Positions 25,571 to 34,917 of a stretch of DNA of 64,000 bases are shown piece after piece. Each line of letters begins with the position of its first letter. Positions within the stretch are counted from its first letter, which is position 1. The notes beneath the pieces are model-generated. The model was not told the origin of the DNA. It worked only from the letters and a program-made list of their open reading frames with translations, and searched no databases. This DNA is from a virus (lineage: Duplodnaviria > Caudoviricetes): positions 1 to 64,000 of the IMG/VR virus record IMGVR_UViG_3300047160_018490; one strand, given 5' to 3'. Made by a program: the position numbers and the translations under genes.

Positions 25571-26232
25571 GCGCTGCTCCTTTCTTCTGTGCTCGGCTTC
25601 GGGAGTCTCCTCCCATCAGGTCTTGCATCCGTATCCAGGTCCTGGATGACTTCTCCTCTGGGGTCCAGAAGGCGTGGAGGGGTGTAGCAGGAGGCACAGT
25701 AGTACCTTCTTCCAACCATTGCCCCCCTCAGGTAGAGGACCTTTCCCTTTCTGTCTCCCCATACTCCTGATGGTTTACTTCCAAGTTCAGGAGTCACGTC
25801 TACTTCATCGCTTACCGCCCAGGTGGCCAGGCGGGAGCACTTGCAGCACTTCCGATCCAGGAGAGGGTTCTGAATCCTCTCTACCTTCATTCGGTTACGC
25901 TGACCTCTCTCCTTGGCTCTGCAAGCTACACAGAGGTCATCTCCAGGCAGGGTGAGGGGCGAGGGGCAAAGGGCACACCTCGGGGCACCCATCGTGATCT
26001 TCAGGTGTCCTTTTCTTCCTTTATCTTCTCGCGGGATGAAGCGAAACCTCCCCTTCGCTCGATAGGTGAGGAAGTTGCCGTTGAGGTCTGGGATTTCTTC
26101 TCCCAGGGCGTTCACCTGGTAGGCTTCCAGTTCCCCTGTGTCTGTGTTGAGCCAGATGACCTTCGGCACTTTCTTGCCGGTGTCCAGGTCGATCACGGTG
26201 CCACGGAATCCAGACTGAACGTGCAGGAGCAT
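25567..26232 (-). CDS. hypothetical protein with multiple CxxC pairs
   Basis: CALC, CVAC, CCKC, CASC. Confidence 0.65.
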   Translation of the reverse strand: MLLHVQSGFRGTVIDLDTGKKVPKVIWLNTDTGELEAYQVNALGEEIPDLNGNFLTYRAKGRFRFIPREDKGRKGHLKITMGAPRCALCPSPLTLPGDDLCVACRAKERGQRNRMKVERIQNPLLDRKCCKCSRLATWAVSDEVDVTPELGSKPSGVWGDRKGKVLYLRGAMVGRRYYCASCYTPPRLLDPRGEVIQDLDTDARPDGRRLPKPSTEERSSA

Positions 26233-26240
26233 CGCCCCAC

Positions 26241-26678
26241 CTAGACAGAGCCCGTGGGGACGGTGAAGGGACCCTGGCTCATGCCACCACAGTCAAAGGC
26301 CACCTTGCCCTTCACTTCTGCACCGTTGCTGGCCGAACGCAGGCGGACGAAGGGGAAGGCCCAGAACACGTTATCGAGTCTGGAGGTGTAATGGGTGACT
26401 CCGGCCAGGTCATCACGGGGGAAGAGGCCGGGTGGGGCGTTGAGTGGGTTGAGGCCGGCGTCCCAGTCGCCACCAAAGTGCGTATCACACCCAAGGGCGC
26501 CCAGGATGCCTTCATCATAGGACTGCCCGGAGATGACGTTGTAGCTCTCGAAGTTGAGGGTGGGCTGTTCGTCCCCCTTCAGATCGTTCTTCCATGAGGC
26601 GTAGGTCAGAACCTGTGCCCCCACGAGAATGCGGGCGGTCTTACCGCTGCGCTGCTTCCCAGTTCCGATTAACTGCAT
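26241..26678 (-). CDS. putative major tail tube protein
   Basis: size, position between terminator and chaperones; SGKTARILVG..., NGAEVKGKVAFD pattern; GAGGTG RBS. Confidence 0.65.
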   Translation of the reverse strand: MQLIGTGKQRSGKTARILVGAQVLTYASWKNDLKGDEQPTLNFESYNVISGQSYDEGILGALGCDTHFGGDWDAGLNPLNAPPGLFPRDDLAGVTHYTSRLDNVFWAFPFVRLRSASNGAEVKGKVAFDCGGMSQGPFTVPTGSV

Positions 26679-26690
26679 TTTACACCTCTC

Positions 26691-27503
26691 TTATGTAGTT
26701 GCCGCCACCAGGTCTATTTCCACCGTGGCTGCATTGAGGGGGTCATTGTTTACAATGAGGATCTGCCTGGAGACTGGAGTAATGGGGCAATACCCGGTGC
26801 CCTGCGGGTCTGCATCCAGGCACATATGCACCCCACCCATCTGAAGAAGGAACTGCCCAATCACCACACTGGGCACGGTGGCACCCGAGTATGCCTTCCC
26901 CCCCGCAAGAAGGGTAGCCGTGGTAGGGACTCCTGAAGCATTGGTGGTAATGGCAACCACGCACCCGGAGCCGTACTGCTGGCAGGGTGCCACCAAGAAG
27001 GTACTGGAAGGAGAGTAGCCGCTGCCCGCTACCCCGATGGCCACCCCGGTAACCGCACCTGCGCCCACTGTGAGGACGAGGGTGAGGCCAGTGCCTCCGT
27101 TCCCAAAATCGAGCTGGGCTGGCATGGACGCCAGATTGTTTGTGATGGCTACCGTGGTGCCAGGGTCAGGAGCTGGTACGATGTTGGGATTGTTCGTGGC
27201 GGAGAGGAGGCGGAACAGGAAGCTCTTGAGGCGAGCAACTACGACTCCTATTTGTCCTAGAAGATCACCCATCGAGTATAGATCCACTGTGGCTTGACCA
27301 CCAGATGCAATGCTGACCTGGAAGGAAAAGACCTCGTCGGCGCCAAGGGTTGTTGTGTTCGCCTTCTGGGTTCCGAAGACATACTGTGTCTGAAGAGTAG
27401 TAGCCTCTACAGTAGGCTGGAGGAGTCCACCCGGTTGGGCAAGTTGCACCTGCCAACCGATGGTGGCTGTAACCGTTGCATTAACGCTGGTGGCACCGGG
27501 CAT
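26691..27503 (-). CDS. tail-associated structural protein
   Basis: Thr/Gly-rich beta protein with VTGVAIGVAGSGYS unit. Confidence 0.6.
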   Translation of the reverse strand: MPGATSVNATVTATIGWQVQLAQPGGLLQPTVEATTLQTQYVFGTQKANTTTLGADEVFSFQVSIASGGQATVDLYSMGDLLGQIGVVVARLKSFLFRLLSATNNPNIVPAPDPGTTVAITNNLASMPAQLDFGNGGTGLTLVLTVGAGAVTGVAIGVAGSGYSPSSTFLVAPCQQYGSGCVVAITTNASGVPTTATLLAGGKAYSGATVPSVVIGQFLLQMGGVHMCLDADPQGTGYCPITPVSRQILIVNNDPLNAATVEIDLVAATT

Positions 27504-27505
27504 GG

Positions 27506-27952
27506 TTACCCCTGGGTGGCTTCCTTGGGGTGGTTGAGAGTGAAGCTGTGTGGGGTCTGCCCATCCGGGTCGAAGGAAAGACCCCGATAGAGGAGCGTAA
27601 CCCCTGGTACATTCGAGCGGACCTTCAGGTCACAGGTTCCATCTGGGTTCACCTCATCGATTACGGCCTCCAGGAGCCGCTGCGGCCTCAGGTAGGAGAT
27701 CTTCTTGAGTTCCTCGCCTGGGATAGGGCTTTTACGGATGGCTTCCAGGTAACGTTCCAGGTCCAGGCCCTCCAGCTCATGAACACTTTCGAGGATATGG
27801 ACCTTTCCCTTCGTAACCTTGGTGTGAGTAACCGTGACACCTATTGCCCAGGGCCTGACCCCTCTCGCGTCCTTCTCGTGAGCATGGCAGAGGTGCGGCA
27901 CGTAGAAGACCTTGTCTCCCTCTTTCAGGGCCACTTTAAGTTCTTCAGGCAT
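27506..27952 (-). CDS. hypothetical protein (SH3-like N-terminus possible)
   Basis: LKEGDKVFYVP; operon context. Confidence 0.6.
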   Translation of the reverse strand: MPEELKVALKEGDKVFYVPHLCHAHEKDARGVRPWAIGVTVTHTKVTKGKVHILESVHELEGLDLERYLEAIRKSPIPGEELKKISYLRPQRLLEAVIDEVNPDGTCDLKVRSNVPGVTLLYRGLSFDPDGQTPHSFTLNHPKEATQG

Positions 27953-27955
27953 CTT

Positions 27956-28456
27956 TTATAGGCTCACCAGGGCGCCGTGGAGGTCCACCTTGTAGTCCAG
28001 GTCGGCTCGGTAGAGGAACTCCCCCTGGGCGGTACGTACCCCCTCCTCCTGAATAGAGCACCAGCGCTGGAGGTACATGGAGATCACGTAGTTCGGGTTG
28101 GAGGAGTCTCCTCCCATGAATTTAGAGATGGCTACCCAGTTGCTTGCCTGCTTCAGGAGTGCCCGTATACTCAGACCCAGTGATTCTACCTGGGAGCGGG
28201 AAGAGCCGTAAACCTGGATGAGGATGGTCCCATCATCATCAAAGGGGTCTTCCGTAGTGTCATTGGAGGTGAAGCCACCCTCCGGCATCTTCACGACGAT
28301 AACGGGCCAGGTAGCAGGGAACTTCCCTCCCGATGTAGAGAGGGGATTGATGGGGTTGCCTTGCATGTCATACCTTGGCACCTCCCCATCCCAGCAGGAG
28401 GCTTTGAGCTGCGGCCCAATGAACTTGACCAGGGCCCCGATGATGGGGAGGCACAT
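27956..28456 (-). CDS. tail terminator/completion protein
   Basis: WPVIVV..., ILIQVYGSSRSQVESL..., YRADLDY; canonical position. Confidence 0.7.
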   Translation of the reverse strand: MCLPIIGALVKFIGPQLKASCWDGEVPRYDMQGNPINPLSTSGGKFPATWPVIVVKMPEGGFTSNDTTEDPFDDDGTILIQVYGSSRSQVESLGLSIRALLKQASNWVAISKFMGGDSSNPNYVISMYLQRWCSIQEEGVRTAQGEFLYRADLDYKVDLHGALVSL

Positions 28457-28458
28457 CC

Positions 28459-28911
28459 TTACTTTGCCTCCAGGACCGCATGGACCTTCCTGCCCAGAAT
28501 CCTTTTTATCTCCCCAGCGTACTCCTTGAAGACTGGTCCCACAAAGGGGTGCTGCCCACTCCCGGGTTGCCCGTGGTTCACGCTTTCATGATATACAGGA
28601 TAGGCAAAGCCCTGAGGGTACTTCCTCGTGGGGGCGCTTCTGGCATCGCTCATGACGAGGATATGGTCTCCCACCACGCGGTAACGTACTCCTGCGCGGG
28701 CGGCTCCTGTAACCCTTCTGAGGGGGGCGCCAGGGATGGCGGTAGAGAGGGCCCCCCTGTTGAGAGGGGCAGGTGTGCTCATCTTCTGCTTCACCTTCTC
28801 GACCAGAAAGCGGCCCACTTCATCCAGAGCGATGGCCTTGCCGAAGCCCAGTCTCCTCTGGACCTTGGAAACGAAGCGCCAGGCCCAATCTCCGAGTCCA
28901 TAAGTGTTCAT
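28459..28911 (-). CDS. HK97 gp10-like neck/tail-completion protein
   Basis: PGAPLRRVTG, YPVYHE, HPFVGP; ATG 28911 in ATGA overlap. Confidence 0.7.
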   Translation of the reverse strand: MNTYGLGDWAWRFVSKVQRRLGFGKAIALDEVGRFLVEKVKQKMSTPAPLNRGALSTAIPGAPLRRVTGAARAGVRYRVVGDHILVMSDARSAPTRKYPQGFAYPVYHESVNHGQPGSGQHPFVGPVFKEYAGEIKRILGRKVHAVLEAK

Positions 28912-29285
28912 TGAGAACCTGGCTCCTGGATCACCTCGCAATCCAGCGTCCAGGCCACCGCCCTCCCCAGAGGCTGATGCACTCCACGCACCAGGTAGGT
29001 CCTCTGAATGCCCGAGCGGTCGGTGGCCTTGAAGATGTCATTCACTTCAGCGCGAGGGTTTCTATCGAAGGCTATCCTGGTGTTTACGATCACGTTCCGC
29101 TGGGCGTATAGCTCCTGGACTCTCACCCCTGCTTGGGAGATGGAGCAGGGGATGTTTTGTACCATCACCGCCAGTTGAGGAGGAATGGGCACGAAGGGGT
29201 CCTGGGTGGTGCCTCCCGAGGAGTCCTGCCCGATGGTGGCTCTGTAGAGAGTTCCGAAACTCTCCATCATGGTGGCAAAGGACAT
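28908..29285 (-). CDS. head-closure (stopper) protein
   Basis: size, position, NIPCSISQ motif. Confidence 0.65.
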   Translation of the reverse strand: MSFATMMESFGTLYRATIGQDSSGGTTQDPFVPIPPQLAVMVQNIPCSISQAGVRVQELYAQRNVIVNTRIAFDRNPRAEVNDIFKATDRSGIQRTYLVRGVHQPLGRAVAWTLDCEVIQEPGSQ

Positions 29286-29321
29286 GCTACCTCAGCATGG
29301 ATGCTTGTAGGGCAGGAAGCC

Positions 29322-30269
29322 CTACCAGCTCGGCTCCCTGTAGCGGGCCAAGATTCTACAGATGCTTCCTATCTCCGGGATGGCCTCTCCTTGCCCAAGG
29401 ACGCTGTAGGAGTACCCTCCCAGGCTCTCAGAGGCCAGAGGGGCTCCCGCGGGGTTGTTGCGAGCCATCCAGGCCACCAGTTGCTTGCAGGCGTTCTGGA
29501 GGGGCAGGGGGATCTTCCCCAGTTGATGCCCAGCGGAATAGAGAACTTTGAGGTTGCCATCCCCTCTAGGCCACATGGGAAGCCTGTAGGCACCCAGCTT
29601 CCCACTGTAGAAGTTTTCAGGATAGAAACCGACGAAGCCGGCTCCGCTCCCTCCAATGCGCCTCAGGAGTCCCCTTTCAGAGATTTTCCCTTGCGAGTCA
29701 TCGGTGTCTACTACCACCTGCACTCCCAGTACCAGGAGGGTTCCCGGAGCGAAGGCAGAGGGCGCCTGTCCCCAGTAGCCGCCTGGGTCGAAGAACACAC
29801 ACGGAGAGAAGCAGTTATTCAGCCCTGTGGCACTGCTCAGGGTGCCTGTGCCTCCAGAGCAGCCAGTAAAAGAGGTAGCGGTAGTGCCCGTGTAGGTGAT
29901 GACCGAGTAGGTGCTCACCCCTGTCTGGAGGGCCACCGAGGGCAATGCCTGAGAGGGATCACTCCCAGTGCCCTGGTGGAAGCCGGAGGTGCTTACCACG
30001 TTCACCGTGGCTTGGGGAAGCACAGCTCCATTGCTTCCTGCGGCTACCTGAGTATTCCCCACCAGGCAAGGCCACTGGCGGAGGATAATATCCCGGGTCT
30101 GATCCCCTGAGTGAAACTCCGTGTAGGCGGAAAGCTCCAGGGCGCGTTTGCACCATAGCTTGATGCCTGCGTCTGCCTCGCCAAGGAGGTCATTCAACCA
30201 GGCAAGGGGAATGGCAGCCTGGTTCTGGAGACCAGGCATGTTCAGGACTTGCTCGATGGTGCAGAGCAC
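29322..30269 (-). CDS. head-tail connector (gp6/gp15-like adaptor) with inserted beta domain
   Basis: LLGEADAGIKLWCKR, VLYSAGH, PLQNACKQLVAWM, SESLGGYSYS. Confidence 0.8.
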   Translation of the reverse strand: MLCTIEQVLNMPGLQNQAAIPLAWLNDLLGEADAGIKLWCKRALELSAYTEFHSGDQTRDIILRQWPCLVGNTQVAAGSNGAVLPQATVNVVSTSGFHQGTGSDPSQALPSVALQTGVSTYSVITYTGTTATSFTGCSGGTGTLSSATGLNNCFSPCVFFDPGGYWGQAPSAFAPGTLLVLGVQVVVDTDDSQGKISERGLLRRIGGSGAGFVGFYPENFYSGKLGAYRLPMWPRGDGNLKVLYSAGHQLGKIPLPLQNACKQLVAWMARNNPAGAPLASESLGGYSYSVLGQGEAIPEIGSICRILARYREPSW

Positions 30270-30272
30270 GCC

Positions 30273-30839
30273 TTAGGCTGCCTCCTCTTCCCCTTCCATC
30301 CCTGGAAGCCTACATGCCGCCAGAGCGTCTGCCAGGCGTGCCTGAATCCACCTCGCGTTCTCAGGCCGGTCAGAGAGAGGCTTCTGGGCCAGGTTCCTCA
30401 CGACCTCGCACAACTGGGAGTGCGTGAGGTGGAGGACATCATACTTCTTCCCCAGGGTGGCGAGCTGCTCCAGGGGAGTGGGGTCTCTCTGCCCCTCCTC
30501 CAGATCGCGCTGCCTCTGCACCAGGACCGCCTCCTCCATTGAGAGGTCCCATGATACAGGCGGTGCATGGAACTGATGCACCACCTCCTTGCCGCCTCCT
30601 ACAGTAGGAAGCTCCACCGCAGGGCGCATCTCCGCCCGCACAGAACCCTTCCCCCTTGGGTCAGCCCAGCGAGAACCTCCCGTCCCGTTGAAGGAAACCA
30701 TCTCCCAGCCGTGGGCTGTGAGGTAGCTCTTCCCCTCCTCGAACCAGTTCGGAGCCAGAAGGGGTGGTCCCACAGGGGGAGCAGGAGCCACCACAGGGGG
30801 CGCTTCAGATGTGTCTACGGTCTCGATTGTCTTTGGCAT
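30273..30839 (-). CDS. hypothetical protein
   Basis: ATG 30839 after GGAGAAG. Confidence 0.6.
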   Translation of the reverse strand: MPKTIETVDTSEAPPVVAPAPPVGPPLLAPNWFEEGKSYLTAHGWEMVSFNGTGGSRWADPRGKGSVRAEMRPAVELPTVGGGKEVVHQFHAPPVSWDLSMEEAVLVQRQRDLEEGQRDPTPLEQLATLGKKYDVLHLTHSQLCEVVRNLAQKPLSDRPENARWIQARLADALAACRLPGMEGEEEAA

Positions 30840-31005
30840 CTCTTCTCCAACCTTCACACATGAGGTCTGTATCAGCGTCACCCCTGAGGCAGGCACTCTC
30901 GTAGCAGAGCATGGTGCAGGGGTCACCAGGCTCCAGGGCTTCCTTGGGAACCCCATCCTTGAAGGGGCAATCCTTACACGCTTCCGGCCGCGAGAACACG
31001 GTCAT
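30805..31005 (-). CDS. small Cys-rich protein
   Basis: CKDCPF...CTMLC...C...C; AGGAG RBS. Confidence 0.45.
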   Translation of the reverse strand: MTVFSRPEACKDCPFKDGVPKEALEPGDPCTMLCYESACLRGDADTDLMCEGWRRDAKDNRDRRHI

Positions 31006-32635
31006 AGCGCCCGTTCTCCTCTACAGAATACCCGATAGCAGCGAGGGTGCCCACCTGCCTGAGGAGGCGGAAACCACCCTTATCAAGGAACTCCCCCACT
31101 GCCTCGGTGACGCCCCTGTTTTCCTGAGAGGTGGAGAGGTAGTCATGCACCACGATGATGCCTCCTGCACCCAGCCGGCGGGCGCTCTGCTCCAGGTCAT
31201 GCATGACATCTGCTCTCTCATGGGAGCCATCAATGAAGATGACATCGAACTCATCACCGAGGTTTTCCTCCTCCATCTCCCTGAAGAAGTCCTGGGAGGT
31301 GCCCCGGTAGATCCTCACTTTCACCTCGTGGCGGTTGAGATTGCTGCAAAACTCCTCGAAGGTATCTCGGGGGGAAGAAGTACCCCTACCATCAAAGGGG
31401 TCCACGCAAGTGACCCTCTTCGCCACTCGCCCTATCCACACAGTGGAGAGGCCCAGGTAGGAGCCGATCTCCAATACCTCCTTTCCCTCCGCAAGGGTGG
31501 TGAGGAAGCGTCCCTCGGTGTCTGTAAGCCACCCGAAGACGTTGTCTGGGGGCGTGTAGGAGTCCCTCCTCAGGGGGCGCTGTACGGTGCCACCAAAGCG
31601 TGGGCCATCCGCACTCCCGATGGGATGAGGCTGCGTGGGGATGGGGCTTTGAGAGGGTGGAGGCGGGAGGACGACACTGCGGGCGAGGAGAGCACTCTGG
31701 GGTTCAGGAGTCGTTACACTCCTCTGGCCTTCAGGAGTCACCACAGTTTCCTTCTTCACCTCTCCAGGGATGATGGGCTCGTCCGGAGGAGGTGCAGCAG
31801 AGAGGATGTTCTTCCCCTTGTGCTTCACTACCAGGTTGCCATCCTGCTTCATGTCCCCCCAGGGGTGGTTGTTGGGATAGGGGAGAATACCCACATGAGA
31901 GACCACTACTCTCCTGGAAGCGGCCACCACAGCCCCAGCCCTCTGGATCTGCCTGGAGAAGTTCCAGTCCTCGGGGTCTACCTCCGAGGACCACTCCCCA
32001 GGAGGGAGAAGGTCTCTCTCAGCCAGCCTGGCAGCCTCTTCCTGGAGGAGCCTTCTCCCATCAGGGAGGCGGTAAACGATCCTGTCGTTGATCTCGAAGT
32101 GCCCTCTGAAACGCCAGGGGCGAGTGAAGTGGCATACCCAGCAGCCTGTGTTCACTAGCAGCATCCTGTCCGGATAGGAAGTATCCTTGGCCATGAAGAC
32201 AGAAGGAAGATAGAAAACCTCCTCCATTGTGAGCCTTCTCTCCACGCAGAAGGGGTCGCTGGGGTCGTCAATGGCGGTACTTACCAGACCTCTCTGGTCC
32301 TTGATGGGGATGCAGGCACTCACGAGATCTGCTCCGGAATCTCTCAGGTCTTCCAGGAGGGTAGCCAGCCACCCATCGAGAGGCACCACGTCATCATGCA
32401 ACATCGCAAAGTGAGTGATGTCCCTCCCGTGCTTCTGGTAGTTGAGGGCACCGCACCACGCCTGGTTGAAGGTGTTGGCAAGGAGGCTCCCACCAAAGGA
32501 GGACATATCCAGTCTTCCCGAGATGGCATGACCAGGAGGGAGAGGGGAATAGAGGAACGCTCTGTGGCTCTCCGGGCGCCCATTCCCGTAAGTGGGCTGG
32601 AAGCAGAAGACCCTTCCTACCTGCATCGTTGCCAT
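30974..32635 (-). CDS. fused GT-A glycosyltransferase and class I SAM methyltransferase
   Basis: N-terminal FAMLHDDVVP, NTGCWV, PEDWNFSR; C-terminal VLEIGSYLGLST, FIDGSH, VVHDY; Pro-rich linker. Confidence 0.85.
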   Translation of the reverse strand: MATMQVGRVFCFQPTYGNGRPESHRAFLYSPLPPGHAISGRLDMSSFGGSLLANTFNQAWCGALNYQKHGRDITHFAMLHDDVVPLDGWLATLLEDLRDSGADLVSACIPIKDQRGLVSTAIDDPSDPFCVERRLTMEEVFYLPSVFMAKDTSYPDRMLLVNTGCWVCHFTRPWRFRGHFEINDRIVYRLPDGRRLLQEEAARLAERDLLPPGEWSSEVDPEDWNFSRQIQRAGAVVAASRRVVVSHVGILPYPNNHPWGDMKQDGNLVVKHKGKNILSAAPPPDEPIIPGEVKKETVVTPEGQRSVTTPEPQSALLARSVVLPPPPSQSPIPTQPHPIGSADGPRFGGTVQRPLRRDSYTPPDNVFGWLTDTEGRFLTTLAEGKEVLEIGSYLGLSTVWIGRVAKRVTCVDPFDGRGTSSPRDTFEEFCSNLNRHEVKVRIYRGTSQDFFREMEEENLGDEFDVIFIDGSHERADVMHDLEQSARRLGAGGIIVVHDYLSTSQENRGVTEAVGEFLDKGGFRLLRQVGTLAAIGYSVEENGRYDRVLAAGSV

Positions 32636-33336
32636 TAGACTCCTACCCTTTCAGCGTGGGGCGCCTCATTGGCATGGTAGAGGACGCAGTGCTCACCCAT
32701 GAGAGGAGACCATGCTCTCTCACAGTAGTGCGCTTCCTCAGGATGAGGGTGGTCCGCGAGGTCCTCCAGCAGCCCTTCATAGAGGGAGCGGGGGCGCCTC
32801 TTAATCATCTCTCTGGAGGCAGCGAAGCAGGCGCCTGGGGCGTAGCGGATCTCCCAGGCGTCTCTCAGCTCAATGCCCAACTTCTCCCGGAACCATGCCA
32901 GGAAGGACAGCCCTGCCGGCCGCATGTCCTTGGGATAGCTATAGACTCTATTGATGTTGGGCCAATTAAGATACCCAGAGGGGAGCCACTCTCTGCAATG
33001 CGTGAACCCAGGAAAGAAGGGGATGCAGGAGGGCTGGAGGAGTCCCTTCACGATGGAGAGGCCGAGCATGTGCGGGAAGGGGTCACCCTGCAAGAAACCA
33101 GTCCAGTCTGCGAGGGTGTCCCACCTGGAGAGGAGGTGGATGAGATAGGTGTGAGCTTCTCTACCCACGTTAGGGAGGGTGATGACCCGTGCGCGAGTGT
33201 CCACAGCGAGAGGAGAGGGCCCCTTGTTGTAGACTGTGACCTCAAACATCCTTCCGAAGCGGATGCTATCTTCGTAGACATCCGTAACCCACGAGAGGTC
33301 CTCTTCATACCTGGCCACTACCAGCTCGATGCTCAC
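32635..33336 (-). CDS. DUF3431-family protein
   Basis: ELVVARYEEDLSW, LPNVGREAHTYLIH, FLQGDPFPH, FAASRE.I..RP; GTG at 33336 in GTGA overlap. Confidence 0.85.
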   Translation of the reverse strand: MSIELVVARYEEDLSWVTDVYEDSIRFGRMFEVTVYNKGPSPLAVDTRARVITLPNVGREAHTYLIHLLSRWDTLADWTGFLQGDPFPHMLGLSIVKGLLQPSCIPFFPGFTHCREWLPSGYLNWPNINRVYSYPKDMRPAGLSFLAWFREKLGIELRDAWEIRYAPGACFAASREMIKRRPRSLYEGLLEDLADHPHPEEAHYCERAWSPLMGEHCVLYHANEAPHAERVGV

Positions 33337-34334
33337 TTTCCCACTCCTCTGAAAAGGGCGCTCCAGGCACGCAGGCACTCGCCGTAGTGCTTCAAGTAAG
33401 GGTCCTGGGTCCAATGGAGCTTCGTGCCGATCTCGAACAACATCCCCTGTGCCGTATCGCAGAAGAGGTTGATACCGTCTACCTTCTCCCAGAAGGTCTC
33501 GTTGAATTTCATTCCTGGAGCTTCCAGGGCCAGGTTCTTCCTGGCATCAGAAGCCCTATCATGCCGAATGAAGGGCTCGCCAATGGAGATTTGCCACCCT
33601 AGCCTGTCACAGATTTTTTTGGCTATAATGCCCATCCAGATATCATCGAAGCGGTGGTAGGGCACCCCGTCCCCTGAGGGGGCGAAGTACAGGAGTGGGA
33701 TAGCTTCCCTCTTCACACAGAGGTTCATCCCGCAGATGGGGGCATACTCTCCCCTGGCGAGGAGTCTCCCCCCGGGGGGAGGTATATAGGGGCAGCTTTT
33801 GCCCTCTGTTTCTTCATCCCTTTCTAGCTCCGTGCGGGCATCGAAGTCGGGGTTCTTGCTCCACAGGCCCATCGACATCATGACATCTTCTCTCACCCCA
33901 ATGCTCTCGTAGGGGAGGCCCCTCACCCGCATGCCAGGCCAGGTGGTGTTCCACTTCGGGGTGCGAGCGAGGACCTCATGGTGCCTCTGCATGAGGGTGC
34001 TCTGGTCGTGAGGGTAGTGAGGGTAGCAGTCATCGTCCAGGGTGAGGACGAAGTCATACCCCTCCTTCCACGCGATGTAGAGCCCGAAGGAGCGGCATGC
34101 ACTGCTCCCCTTGGAGATGGTGAAGGCACTCTCCCCGAGAATGCGGCGGTAGTCTGCCTGGGAGAAGTGGAGGAGGCGCTTCCCGAGAGTAATAGAGCAA
34201 GGGGTGAAAGTAGGCTGTGGACTGTCCTCAACGAGGATGATAGTGTCCCAACCTCCTTTCCCCTCCCACTCCTGAAGGAAGCGGAGGAAGGAGTCTGGGC
34301 GGTTAGATGGGACTACCAGGGCGGCAGAGGCCAC
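33333..34334 (-). CDS. reversibly glycosylated polypeptide (RGP)/UDP-arabinopyranose mutase-like, GT75
   Basis: TLDDDCYP, GLWSKNPDFDA, PICGMNL, RFDDIWMG...KKICDRLGWQISIGEPFIRHDRAS..NL..E, matching the plant RGP pattern. Confidence 0.8.
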   Translation of the reverse strand: MASAALVVPSNRPDSFLRFLQEWEGKGGWDTIILVEDSPQPTFTPCSITLGKRLLHFSQADYRRILGESAFTISKGSSACRSFGLYIAWKEGYDFVLTLDDDCYPHYPHDQSTLMQRHHEVLARTPKWNTTWPGMRVRGLPYESIGVREDVMMSMGLWSKNPDFDARTELERDEETEGKSCPYIPPPGGRLLARGEYAPICGMNLCVKREAIPLLYFAPSGDGVPYHRFDDIWMGIIAKKICDRLGWQISIGEPFIRHDRASDARKNLALEAPGMKFNETFWEKVDGINLFCDTAQGMLFEIGTKLHWTQDPYLKHYGECLRAWSALFRGVGK

Positions 34335-34401
34335 GATTCTGCCCTCCAGGTGAAGGAAGTGTTGGGGGAGTACCTCGCGGCAGAGGACTCCCCCAGTTAT
34401 G

Positions 34402-34878
34402 CTACATCACCTGCCGGTTGAGCAGCGAGGTGTTGGTGCTGAAGTCGAACTGGTTGCAGGGCTCGTAGCTTCCATGACCACCAAACAGGCTGCCGGCGAT
34501 GTTGACGTTGTTGCCGGCGTTGGTGTTGGTGGTGGTCTGAATGAGCATCTGCACCCAGGTGTTGTTCGCCGGGATCTGGTCCGCCCGCATTTCGATGGTG
34601 CCCTCGGAGTTGCTCGTGTTGAGGGTCACCGTAGCCCCTGAAGGCACATTCGAGAAGGTGCCGTTGTTGGCGTTCGAGGACTGAAACTGGGCTGTGATGT
34701 TGGTCACGTTCGCGCCAATCGTCTGGGCCATGACGTGGCCCATGATGCGGCGGAACTTGGCCATGCTCACCGGCCCCACCAGCGTGTTGACCGTGTTGTT
34801 GTTGCTGTTGGGCGCCGCAGGGTAGCTGGACGCAGCCGGAATGGTGATCGCCTGCGTCATCTGCTCGACAAACTTCAT
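34402..34878 (-). CDS. putative capsid decoration/cement protein, Asn/Thr-rich
   Basis: directly after the capsid genes; strong AGGAG RBS; strongly C/G-ending codons. Confidence 0.6.
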   Translation of the reverse strand: MKFVEQMTQAITIPAASSYPAAPNSNNNTVNTLVGPVSMAKFRRIMGHVMAQTIGANVTNITAQFQSSNANNGTFSNVPSGATVTLNTSNSEGTIEMRADQIPANNTWVQMLIQTTTNTNAGNNVNIAGSLFGGHGSYEPCNQFDFSTNTSLLNRQVM

Positions 34879-34917
34879 GGTAATCTCCTGTAGGGAGAGG
34901 AAAAGGGAGCAATCTCC

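Noticed and set aside
22669-29285. Contractile tail (sheath/baseplate wedge)
   Set aside because: No sheath-sized gene between terminator and tube; the G/GT frameshift fits a non-contractile tail
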